A DNA stretch of 64,000 nucleotides from Vicugna vicugna. Lineage: Eukaryota. The translations under genes were made by a program, and so were the position numbers. The DNA lies in assembly GCA_013265495.1 (NCBI GenBank), contig MU058478.1:249816-313815 (forward strand), in the 5' to 3' direction. Below the pieces are notes generated by a model. It was not told the DNA's origin, did not search any database, and saw only the letters and a program-made list of their open reading frames with translations. Positions 25,186-36,874 of the stretch are shown here, in pieces (the first letter of the stretch is position 1; each line of letters starts with the position of its first letter).

Positions 25186-26953
25186 TATTATGCAATCTCT
25201 TCTACCCTGATTCACTCTAATGGACAAAATTCACTCTGATGGACAAATATTTTAACCAAATGTATTTCATGTTTCACACTTTTTTAGGACCGTCAAGTCT
25301 CTGTTAATAATTCTGCCTCTCAGTCCAAGTGAAAGAAAGATTAATCATTTCACTCTAAATATAACATGGTATCAATCTGGAGCTCAAACAAAATCTAAAA
25401 TTAGCTTTTAAATTAAAATTTCTCTTGGTTGTCTGCCTTTCTCATGGAAATTAGGTACAATTATTCATATGGTTGTACAGTTAAATCCCTTTCTTCATCT
25501 ATTTAAGGTTAGCTAATAAAACCAGCATAAAATATAGAAAACAAGGAAAGAACAGAATACAGGGATCTAAAAATAATTACTTATCAGTAGGTTTTGAGGC
25601 AATATTTGAGTCTTAAATTTTTGGTAAATTTTTTTCTAAATGTCAAAGTTGCTCCCATTAAAATCTATATTCAGACACCTCACTGTAGCATTGCCCTGAT
25701 GTTTCTTTGCATAGCTAACAGTTGTTTGACAGTGAAATCATCATAAAATGAAATTTCAGTAGTATTTTCTTAACTGTATTTAATCCACCCCACCTTCTGA
25801 AAATTGAAAACACAGTCTCCACCACCTCTTTAAATGCTCTTTGAAATGCTTAAATAAAGGGTGCCTTTAAAACCCAAATAAAATTAAACTCAAACACATT
25901 CACCACCTGGTCCCACTCTCTTCTCTCCCAGGGACAAGGCAATGATGTCAGATCTCTCTTAGTCCGACAATTAGGCTGAGGGTTGCAGACTAATGAGAGA
26001 GAAAGAAATTCAGTTTTTTTTAATGCTTGTCCAAGAGGACAAGGTCCCTACTTGAAGCTGCCACTGTGTGTTGTGTTGTTGACACTTCAAAGTAACCCTT
26101 CCTTCATTTTAAACTCAAGGATGTGTCCAGACTCAGGCAACTTCTGTCCTTCAACTCTGCCCCCTCAGTGCAGTGCGCTTGCCCCAGACTTACTGCTTCT
26201 GCAAATCAAGGAAACGTTCACAGTCCCAGAAACCAATTTTCTAAAACGATGTTTCTACAATAGGAAGGGAGCAGTGAGAGTGAAGCGGGCTTCCTCGTTA
26301 CTCATCATCCTCTCATTGTGACAAAAAACCTTGCCAGGAATCCCCGGTGATGCCCACTACCTCTTCTTGGCTGGATGTGAACCTTATGGGTACCCCTAGG
26401 TGCAAATGATTTGAGAAAACCATTTAGCAGGGTTTTTCAGCCTCCTTAACCTCTATATCAGTGGATGCGAAAGAAAAACGTAAGTTGAGATTATGTCATC
26501 ATCCAACAAATATTCACATTTTGAAGTTTATAAATTTCCTCTGAAATCATCCATGCCGTGACCGTGTTTTACCCTTTCTCTTGCCCTGATGTCAGTTAAT
26601 TAGTTGTTATTGTCTTGTCAACTATTTTTATTCTGATGTTGCAAATCTAGCTGAATTAGATACTGTGGTTACCAAATGTTCGAAGGATGCAGAATAAGTT
26701 TATATTTCTGTGCAAGGCCAGACGCTTACCAGGTGCTTCCAAGGTCAAGGGTGTGTCGCTTTGATGCACAGATGTTTCAGAAACAAATTATCAAGGGGAC
26801 TCAGATCAGCCAAAGAGTGGAACAATGTTGCAATAAACTGGAGGGACCTAGAAACAATTCTTCATTACCTGTCCTTATTTCCAGTGACTAGAGAACCATC
26901 AATGATTCAGTCCAACAAAAAGTATTAATGAAATTATGCACAAGGAACAAAAA

Positions 26954-27040
26954 ATTTTTTTCACGGAGGTGCAGAGGCTAGAACCCAGGACCTCGTGCAT
27001 GCTAAGCATGTGCTCTACCACTGAGCTATTACCCTCCCCC
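26954..27040 (-). mobile_element. tRNA-derived SINE (Vic-1-like), short form
   Basis: GAACCCAGGACCTCGTGCATGCTAAGCATGTGCTCTACCACTGAGCTAT. Confidence 0.85.
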
Positions 27041-27289
27041 TGGAAATTAAAAAAAATTTGCTTTTTAGTGATGCTTGAAAATGCTGTTTATTTAATGAAC
27101 AAGTCACTCACATGGCTCTTTTGTTTAAAATATTGAACTCATAAGATGGAGTCAACAAATTTTTTTTAATGAAACAATGATCGATTTTGACAAAGAAATT
27201 TATTTTTCCTTCCATGATTATGGAGTAAAACTGATCAATAATTGCTCTGTAACAGATTAATTTTTGTCTTTGTCTCTGGGTTTATGGAC

Positions 27290-27296
<7 letters not shown>

Positions 27297-27331
<35 letters not shown>
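27297..27331. repeat. (GT)n microsatellite
   Basis: Read directly from the sequence. Confidence 0.95.
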
Positions 27332-27332
<1 letters not shown>

Positions 27333-28625
27333 AATGCTACAGTTTATGTTTCTACAACAAAACATTTCAAATGATCTTCAATCAAAATGTTCGTTTAAAT
27401 GTGTTTTCTGGTTGACTTTTCTTTGGGGGGATACCTATTTCAAGAAGTGAGCAGAAACTGAGAAAAATGAAACAAAACCCAAGAGTGACAGAATTCTAAG
27501 AATAACACAGAAATAAAGGATGTGATCATGTTGGTTCCTGGTCCGGTTCCAGGCAACACTTCTCATCCAAAGAGAGCCAGAGTGATGGTAGACGGCTGAC
27601 CCAGGACTCAGGGACCTGCCATTTTATCGCTTGGTGGCTGCAGGTGACAAAAGCATGCTGGGCATTGAGGGTGGGGATCTCCCATTTCTCTGGAAACACT
27701 GTGTTGCATAAACCATTCACTGAGGGTCAAGGGATGTGCTGTTATCATTTCGTATCTCGGACTCGGCAGGCTTGGAGTGTTTTTGGTAAAAGAAACGATT
27801 TTCCCCGCCATTACAAAATGCCTCCACCAAGTGGATCCAACAATATGGGCCTCAGAAAAGACGCCATGATGAAAGAACTTGACAAGAGTGGTTGTCAATG
27901 TGAAGAGACAACCTCAGCTCTTCCAGAAGTAAAGGGAGGTTCTTTGGTGCACTGTGGTTCAAGTCTGCACGTGTGAATGCCATGTAGTCAACGTTGCATC
28001 CCTGTTGATTTGCACTGTAAATTTTTCAAACATTTAGAACAGTGCATTAACACCTCAGTGTAAAATTTCCTCTAATTCTTCGTATTTTTCTGATATACGC
28101 CGATTTATTTGTTTTGTGCTATGTTGGTTGGCCTCCAAATTTCATATCTATTTAATTTCATTGTATGCTCATTATGAGATGCAGCCACTATTTAAAACTC
28201 CAGACTCAAACTGCTCCACCCCCGGGAGACCAGCGAGTAATCCCCTCATCTCTCTGTATCTCAGGTCTCCTGTGTATAAAATGGGCATGATACAGACTTC
28301 TTCACAAACAAAGAAGGAAGCAAATGCTTCGCACAATTCTTGCAAGGTTTAAACAGAAAAGAGCACTTAACAGTTATCAGTACTGCCGTTTTGATGGCTA
28401 AGATTGTAGAACAGCAGACATTAGCTCAGGGAAAGCCTTGTGAGTCTTGTTGCAGAGAAAAAATTTCCCACGTTGAAACCTGCAAATAAACTCAAATGCT
28501 GGGATGAGACCTGCGTTGCCTCCTTAAGTGATGAGCCCAGGGGACCACAGTGTACCCAGGTAACCCTCAGGATGGTTCTCGGAAAAGACTCAGTGAGCTG
28601 CGTATGTTGTTCTTGGCTCACAGAC

Positions 28626-29154
28626 TGTGTGAAGTCCTAACATTATGGCTGTGAACCACGTTGCCACCACTCCTTCTCTTATGCGGATAGACGTCGCATT
28701 TTCTGGAAGAGTGACATTCATTGGTGCAGTGCCAACTGGTGTCTGCCAAGGCCCTGAGACCCCCATTCCCGGGATCACCCACGTCTTTAAAAAAAAACCA
28801 AAATGCATCCTTTCCTGACGTGCATTTGTCTTAGCAGAATTTACAGCCCTGGGAAATGGCTAATCTCACACTAGCTCAGGCTGACTTGCGTCAGCCCCTG
28901 TCTTCATTTTATTGGAATCATAAATCCCACTGTCTCTTCCTGGTCCCCAGCTCTCTTGCCTCACCCACAACCAATCAAGAACTTGTGCACAAGCTGATCG
29001 CTCAGCCCCCTCTGCTCAGCAACTGACAACTGGGGCTCACACAGCCACCTCTCATCTGTGGGGCCTGCTGTCACCTCCTTTGTCTCTGAAACCTTCTTTG
29101 TTTCTGCTAAATTCTTTTACCGCCCGCGACATCAGCCCGCCACGCTTCCCAACA
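28626..29154 (+). mobile_element. Solo LTR (MER73/MER74-like ERVL)
   Basis: The 3' end CTAAATTCTTTTACCGCCCGCGACATCAGCCCGCCACGCTTCCCAACA is typical of this LTR group, and there is an internal CCAAT. The 5' boundary is uncertain. Confidence 0.55.
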
Positions 29155-29451
29155 GCTGGCGTTGTCTGCCCTCTTTCATGTTCTGGAGGGCGATCAACTG
29201 TTGATCAAGGAGCCATCCGATTAGCGATGTCAAGTTCAACCATTCACACAAGATGAGCTGCAACGGCTAAAAGTGCCTTTTCGTTCAGAGCCTTAAAACT
29301 TGTGACCTGAGAGCGATTCTGATGAACAGAAACGGTTCAACAGTGCACGTTTCCAACAGATGAAACAAGCTATAGGTCAACGTTGAAGAAGAATTCTGTC
29401 TTCTTGTAGTTCTCATACGGGGTGGAAAAAGAGCCCGTGAGAGTGTGTAAC

Positions 29452-29600
29452 AGGGAAATAAGAGAGAGAGAGACAGACAGACAGACACAGAGACAGAAAG
29501 AGAGAGAAAGGAGGGAGAGAAGGAAGGGAGGGAGGGAGGAAGGAAGGAAGGGGAAAGGGAAGAAAGAATAAAGAAATAAAACCAAAAGAGCAAACAAGGA
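29452..29600. repeat. Purine-rich (GA)n/(GACA)n/(GGAA)n compound repeat
   Basis: Read directly from the sequence. Confidence 0.9.
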
Positions 29601-31067
29601 AATGATCTGTGTGGGCTGATACGGAGAAACATTCATGACTTTGTGGGAAAGCAGCCAAAGTGGCTTATGCTTCAGTGCTTCACGCTGGAACCAGAGAGAA
29701 TGCGCCAGAAGTGCCCCTGCAACTGCGAGGAGAGATCTGCGCCATGAGAACCGCAAAAGATAATTGTGATTGAGACACTTAATGGCAATTCAAACAGACT
29801 AATCATGAATGAAGGTACTAAAAATGCATGTGATGTCACGTCTGAGGCAGCAAGCCGCTGAATTTTTGTTTCTAGATGCAATATTTGCTGCTCATCATAG
29901 TGTGATTGGGACCATATAATTTTATCGTGTGAGTAATTTTGTGCCAACAGCGCGAAAAAATTGTAGAGCCTGCTTATATGCAAAGCCTTCAAGCTATGGA
30001 TTAGACCCTCTCGTCTCTTTAGCGTGTGTAAGCAAATCACAGGAAGACCAACGTTTTTCGTGTTTTCCTTATTGTTATTGGAGAGCATTATTCACACAGA
30101 TGTAAACACACCAGTCTTGGCTACCTGCGCATAGCGGGTTATGTTCAAATTTAGTTTCCTTTGTGGGGAACATTCCAGAACCAATTGCGACTGAACGAAG
30201 CTTAAAGCAAGAACGAAAATCGAAAGTTTAGCAACTCATATTTTTAGACCCCTTGAGATGACTTGTTTCTGTGTAATGTGTCTTTGAGATCAAGAGATGT
30301 GCACATTTGCAGACGATGCATCCAGTCTTGGGGTTAGCGCAGGTCGGTGAGGTAGGAAGTTCCTGTGTTGGATGTGTTAGGAGTCTGACTGTGACGTGTG
30401 CTAATTTTTAAAACTGAATTTAGAAATAGTTCTTCATATTCTTCTAGTTTTCTCGCTTTATTTGTTTTTACGCACTCATCTAAACATCGCAGGTTTCCGT
30501 TTCTGCTGAATCACAGAAACGCCTGAATCAAAATGACACTTTATCAGATTTCACCTCCTTACACTATCAAGACAAGTGAATCAAAGCATGTGCAGTTCTA
30601 AAGGAAATAAATACAGCGAAAGAACTCTGAAATTGGTGTGGAAGGCTGTTTAGAGCTTACAGTTTTGCCGTTGATTTGAAAATAACTAACTTTAATTTAG
30701 TATCACGCGGTCATTTTCAAATTAAATCCTAGACTCTACGAAATCCAATTTTAATAAAGGGACAATAGAATGACTGTTCTCATAAGGGTAACATTTTTTT
30801 TAATGACCCCATTAATGAGCCTTTATTTTTAAAAAATATTGAAAATTTTATATAATTTACTGTTCAGGCATTTGTAAACACGTCTCTTGTATATCATAAG
30901 CTGAAAATAAACATCAAATTTTATAGAGAATTTAAATTCATCTTTTCACGATAAATAAGGAACAGTTTTTGTGTATAGTACATTAACATGGTTAACTCCA
31001 AACACATATTCAAGTGTCATAATTTCATAGGAATAAATCTAGTTACAATGCAATATTTCCCATGAAA

Positions 31068-31234
31068 ACAAAAAATACATATATTTATGTATGTATAGAT
31101 TTTGGAACTTTTGGATTTGCCCAGTTTTTAAAGAATTTGATAAAATCTAAAAAGACAAAAAATACATTTATTTATGTATAGATTTTGGAACTTTCTGATT
31201 CACCCAGTTTTTAAAGAATTTGATAAAACCTAAA
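31068..31234. repeat. Two-copy tandem duplication, period about 87 bp
   Basis: ACAAAAAATACAT...GTATAGATTTTGGAACTTT...CCCAGTTTTTAAAGAATTTGATAAAA occurs at 31068 and 31155. Confidence 0.9.
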
Positions 31235-31959
31235 CACACAGAAAATCATGAGTGTCTTATGCCAAAATTAATAACACTATTATAATAAGTATATTTAAAA
31301 TAATTATTCTTACTATTACTGTGTAAATGACCATGAAGACTAAAAGAAGCCCCGTGGCTCTAAACAGCATGAAACATTTAGCAGCAAATAAAAGAAAAAT
31401 TACACCAATCAAACATGAGTTAATATTTTCGAGTACCTTTTCATTGACGAAGATGGCTTTTCTCACCAAAAAATATTGACTGTAAGAAAACCAGGTCTCA
31501 TGGGAGAATTTTTCATCCGTTAATAGGATGATGAAGGAAAGAGTTCAAAGGTGTAGGCAGTCGGTTCCAATTAGTGAAGACATCACAGTGCCTTTAAAAA
31601 TTTTGCTCTATTATTTTCCAAATGTACACCCTGAGGTATGCCTCTTGCTAATTAAAATTTCTGAAGTTTTAACATTTCTGAACTCCATTTTGGATTCCAC
31701 TCCTGAAATCTCCCCAAGATGCTGGCTACAACCAGCCAGTTTCCAAGATAATAGAATAGAGTCACGAAAATGGAATGCTTTGGGATCAGAAGACTCCACC
31801 TTGGCGTTTAAGGTTCATTCCTTAACAAGACCTCATGGTGGTGGGGGTGTGTGGGGAGCCTTTGCACCTTTGCATTTTGTGTGTGTGGTGGAATCCTATG
31901 GACTCATTCACTGTTTGCTTGAATGCCGCTTCCTTGAATACCCTTTTCCCTGACTGCCT

Positions 31960-33260
31960 CTCCCAGCCTATGCATCAGAAACCTGCACGTTTGCAAGTCC
32001 TGAGAGACCCCTTGGAAGGAATCAACCCATGTGACGCCCTGATCATGAACATCTAGCCTCAGAACCAGGAGAAAATAAATTTCCATGTCTTAAGCCACCT
32101 GGTCGTCTGTGGTCCTTGATTTTGGCAGCCTTGGCAAACACACACAGATTTGGGTATGCGACATTGCGGGGTGTCGCTATAACAAATGCCTAAAATAAGT
32201 GTGGATATGGCTTTGGAAGTGGGTCATGGGTAAAGGTTGGAAGACTTTGGGTGTGCAAGTTAGAAAATGCCTCGGCTGTCTTGCAGAGAATATTGGTAGA
32301 GATACGGATGTTAAAGGAGTTTCTGTGGGAGCTCAGGCAGAAAGGAGGAGGGTGCACAGACGTCTTCCACCATCTTAGTGACATTCACATGTCATCGTGA
32401 CCAGACCGTTGGAAGAAATTTGAACCTTACAGTTGCTTCTTGTGAGGTCTCAGATGCAAGGAAAACTGTGTTATGAAGACCTGGAGAATCAGTGGTCCTG
32501 GTTATCGTGGGGCAAAGAACTTGGCCACATTGTTTTCTGGTGTTTTCGTGGAAAGTAAGACTTGTAGATGGCAAAGTGGAATTATCAGTCACCTGAGGAG
32601 AATTTCAGCCTGGTTTCTTCGTGCTGCTTAGAGTAAAATGCAAGAGGAGGGAGAGTGAGTAAGAAATCGTTAGGCGAAAAAGAACCAGAACTTGAAGACT
32701 TGGGGAATTTTCAGCCTCTTTGTGTTGTAAAAAAATTAGAAATAACACAGGAAGGAAACATAAGGGATGTAAAACTGGACAACCTTTTCCTAAAGTGATT
32801 ATAGTGTGTGATGTGGATACAATCATATACAGAGAAGGTGCATGGAGGACCTTCTTGTCGGATGGCTTGACCCCCTGTGAATTAGACCAACAAGGCTTTC
32901 GAGACATTTTTAGCAGCAGAAATGCTGCCCATTGGGACTAAAGGAGACAGAAAATGAAGGCAGGCTGTCGGACCTCCAGGGTTTTACAGATGGGTGGGCC
33001 AATAAAACCTGTACAAACATGGGTTATCTCTCAAGGTCAAGGAAGAATGACCCAGAATGTGGCTTAAAGGTTGGCCAGGCTGCCACTCCCACCATAAGCC
33101 AGAGGGCACTGGTCCAAGTTCTCAAGACTTACAATCTGATGGAATCTGTCAAGTTCAATTTCAGACTTTGATCTTGAACTTCTAGCTTCCAGAATCCTGA
33201 GAAAATAAATGTCTATGTTGCCCAGTTTGTGGTACATTGTCATCGCAGCCCCTGCAAAGT
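31960..33260 (+). mobile_element. MaLR MLT1: partial LTR, MLT1-int internal region, partial second LTR
   Basis: The LTR end GAAAATAAATTTCCATGTCTTAAGCCACC...GCAGCCTTGGCAAACACACACA (to about 32146) leads into GATTTGGGTA...GCTATAACAAATGCCTAAAA...GGCTTTGGAA, the MaLR internal start. A second LTR piece lies at about 33165-33260. Confidence 0.8.
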
Positions 33261-36200
33261 TATTTTCTCCAGGATGCCTACCTCCATACTCCTTTTACAT
33301 GAAAGAGAAATGCGTTTGAAGGCACTTGTGTTTGGGATTTCTTCTAAATCAACTCTCATACACTGATGCAAGTTGGAGAATGAGATAAATCACGAAACAA
33401 TCATGAGATTTCTCAACGGAAACTTAAAGCCAAAAGAAGGATTTATTCAAAATTACGGGGGGGGGAAACACTTTCAAACTAGAAATCAGTATTAATCAAA
33501 TTAAGAATCAAGAAAATTAGAAGTGAAAAAAAAACTGTATGTTTTCAGGTATGGCAAGGGATCCTTTCTCAAGGACTTGCAGAAGGCGTGGTCCACCAAA
33601 ACTGGGGCGTTAAATAAGAAACAAGCCGTGGGGTCAAGTAGCAGGAAAAATTTGGTAACTTCAGACTTAGATGAAACCAATTTGTATGGAGATTTTTTTT
33701 TTTAAGAAAAATTGTCCCATAGGAACCATTAGCTCTCTCTTTATATTAAAATGTATCCTCTCAAGTCATTTATCAGAATGTATTGCAATGTTTCCATGTC
33801 ACAGAAAAGGACAAATCCAGGGCAAAATGCGAATTAAACTTGCCCAGCATCACAGAGACAGCAACTCAGCAGCTCAGGACCAGACTCAAATTCACAACGT
33901 GGCCCATGAGTCCATAGTTAAAACAAGTTACCGGGGTTTAATTTTAGACAAAGCCTTTTTGTTTTACTGTTTGTAGTTAGATCATCTTCCTGCTAAGAAA
34001 CACAGGCTCACATGGAAATAGCTCAATCAGCATTCTTTGGCCCTTTTATAACCCCAAATGCATCTCCGTGTCTTGGCTTAGCTAGAGTTTCCATCAGCAT
34101 GTCACAGAATATAGGTCGCATGCTAACTGCCACCTTATCTCCTTCTGTCAAACCCACCGGATGTTCACCTTAGTGATTTATCAAGATGTTTTTCATCAGT
34201 TCCTTTTTTAAAGCTATCAAACCCGTCGAAAATCGCTCTCTGTAAAACTGAGGGAGATTGACTTTGTCAAAATAATTACAGAAGCTGAAGGGAGAGAGGG
34301 CTGATCCATCTTTCTTTATTTCTTCTCAAAGTGCCAGTTTCACGTGGACCTTTCAAATTCAAGAGAGCCTTTGTTCACCCAGACTTTCTGGCTGGCACAA
34401 AATGGGATTCGCAGGCCCCGAATGAGCATCGTGGGAGATAACAGACTTCCTCTGTGTCCCTCGTCCCGTGATGGATTTTCAGATGCTCCTCAGCAAACCA
34501 CTTCCCACTTCATTGGAAAAAAAAAAAATTCTCCATTCCTTCAGACTCTGTAAGGTGCAAACTTAGAGCAGAGTAGATTGTCTCCTGATTGGAAAGAATC
34601 AAAATGCATCAGGGAACAGGTGTGAAAAGGAGACAGTGGCTGAATATAAACCATTTAACCCCACTGGGGTAGCCGGTATCATAATTTTCTGTAGCACAGT
34701 GGTCTCCAGATTTAGGGACTTACAACCAGGAGAGCTTCAGTGAAATATATGAGGATTAATATAAGGTTGCCAACATTTTATTTCCTAGTGAGAAAATTTC
34801 TACCACACACACGCCCACATGGTCCGCCACCCACATACCACAGACACACAAATGTTACCATCCACACCCTAATTCTGAAAATTTCGCTACAACGTTTTGA
34901 TTTTTCTCATTTCCCCAGGAAAACAACCAACTGTGGACTGAGAGTGGTCAGAAGAATGATTACTTTGCAGCTCGCACGCTCAAATGAAGTTTCAACTTCT
35001 GCTGACAGGAGCAAGTCGATTCCTGGGTGTTAGATGCTTGGCCATTTCAGACGTCCAGACATTTGGACATCTTTTCGCTCAATAAATATATGTTCAGTTT
35101 CTGGTGTGCGTCAGATCCAAGTCAAGACGCGACAGCTCTATCAGTCAGCAAGAAGTGCAGAGACCGTGCAGTGAGATGGATGGTGTATAGCCGAGATCTG
35201 CAGAGTTTATCCTGCAACAAAAAAACATCCATTCAATGTAAAAAACAAATAAACAAAAAACAAAACAAAAAAACCAAAAAAACGCAGAATGTTTGACAAA
35301 GCTCACATGTCATATTTAATTAGAATCCTTTGGATGGAATGAGATACGGAAAAAAAAATAGTGGGGAGATAGGATATGGTTTTGTTTAATAATATATAAC
35401 TCAGCTGAGAAATGTGTGAGAGCCACGATGTCAGGGGATTCTTGTTCAAAGAACCCCGAGGGTTTATTGGGGGTCAAAGGGAGACAGAGTCCCAGTTATG
35501 TCACCTAAATTGACGAGAAGATACAAGGAAAACCTTTCTAATGCTACACCTCAGAATTTTAGGTCGTTTAGGAGGTCTGATGTAAAGCTAGAGAGACGGG
35601 GTGGGGACAGGGGGAGAGAAAGAGACAGAGAGAGATGGAGATGCACACATGTCTGTGCGAAAATTATTGGATTGAGCATCAACAGTTAAGAATTCTGGCT
35701 CCAGGCGCCTTGTCTGTAAATCACCTGTTCCTCAGTTTACCTTTCTGCAAAGGGAAACTAAAAATGTCTATAAAAAGTCTGCACAGACACACGCGCACAC
35801 ACACACACACACACGTGGATCAATGTGTGCTGTGTTCAGAACAGGTGTGGCGAGTGGGCTGCAGGCAGGCGCACATCGGCATCCTGGGTAGGTGTGTGCA
35901 GACAGCAATGCAGGAGCTAAATCATCAGAAAGCTCGAACTCTTTTTCCCAGGATAACAAAAAGAACGCATCATTGTGGAGTTCGCTGGCAGAGGCCAGCG
36001 CCACCCACTTCCACCTGCAAAATCCTTCCCAAGTACGTCCCGTTTGAGCTTTCCATGGGTGGTGACAGTTGTGGCTCCTGGCTTGCTTTTTTTGTTTGTT
36101 TGTTTTTAATGATGTGATGGAACCCCACTGTCTTCTATTCAGACTTATTCCTCACTGTTTCTTTTGAGCCGCGTACGTGAGATCTGATGGAAGTAGAACC

Positions 36201-36745
36201 AATCTTGTTGCTAGGGGCAACCGAAAGAAATAGCTTCTACTGTGTGTGAAACAGGCTCTCCCCTCAACAGGACCGTCAGGAGTGATGCCCAGCGATGTCC
36301 CTAAGAGGTAGACGGTGGCTCACGGATAGATGTCTGACTCCCGTGTTCTGAGTCTCAGAGCATCTTCAAGCCACAGACAGCTAGCTGCCCGTGCACCCGA
36401 ATTCCCCTGGATCTCTGCCCTCCCATCCTCTTGCAGGTCATTCGATTAATAATTAGGAAACCTCAGTTTGCACCAGGCATCCGTCAAGCGCTGTACAGGG
36501 ACTAACCGACAGCTTTGCAAAATAGGGACAATTATTATCTCCAAGTTACGAAGCTGAAGGCAAGAAACGCGGTACATAATTTGTCACAATTTGCACCAGA
36601 GCTGCGACCTGAACCCAGGTGAGCTGTACGTGAATGCTAGAAATGACCGTTGAATGCCACTAGATGGATGACCAAAATTTGAGGTGAGGACGTGTGCAGG
36701 ATGGGTGATAAATTCACCGGATTATATATTTTAAAGTGATTTTTA

Positions 36746-36874
36746 TTTCTTTAAATTTTGGGGGAGGGGGTAATTGGGTTTATTCATTTTAGTGGCGGGA
36801 CTGGGGGTTGAACCCAGGACCCTGGGCATGCATACCAGGCATGCGCTCTGCCACTGAGCTCCCCCCTCCCCACC
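36746..36874 (-). mobile_element. tRNA-derived SINE (Vic-1-like)
   Basis: GGACTGGGGGTTGAACCCAGGACC, with a 17-bp TSD TTTTAAAGTGATTTTTA at 36729-36745 and 36875-36891. Confidence 0.9.

Noticed and set aside
31068..31234. Direct repeats as a possible CRISPR-like array (also a 20-bp duplication at about 25210-25248)
   Set aside because: Only two abutting copies, no spacers, no cas genes, and a mammalian context.
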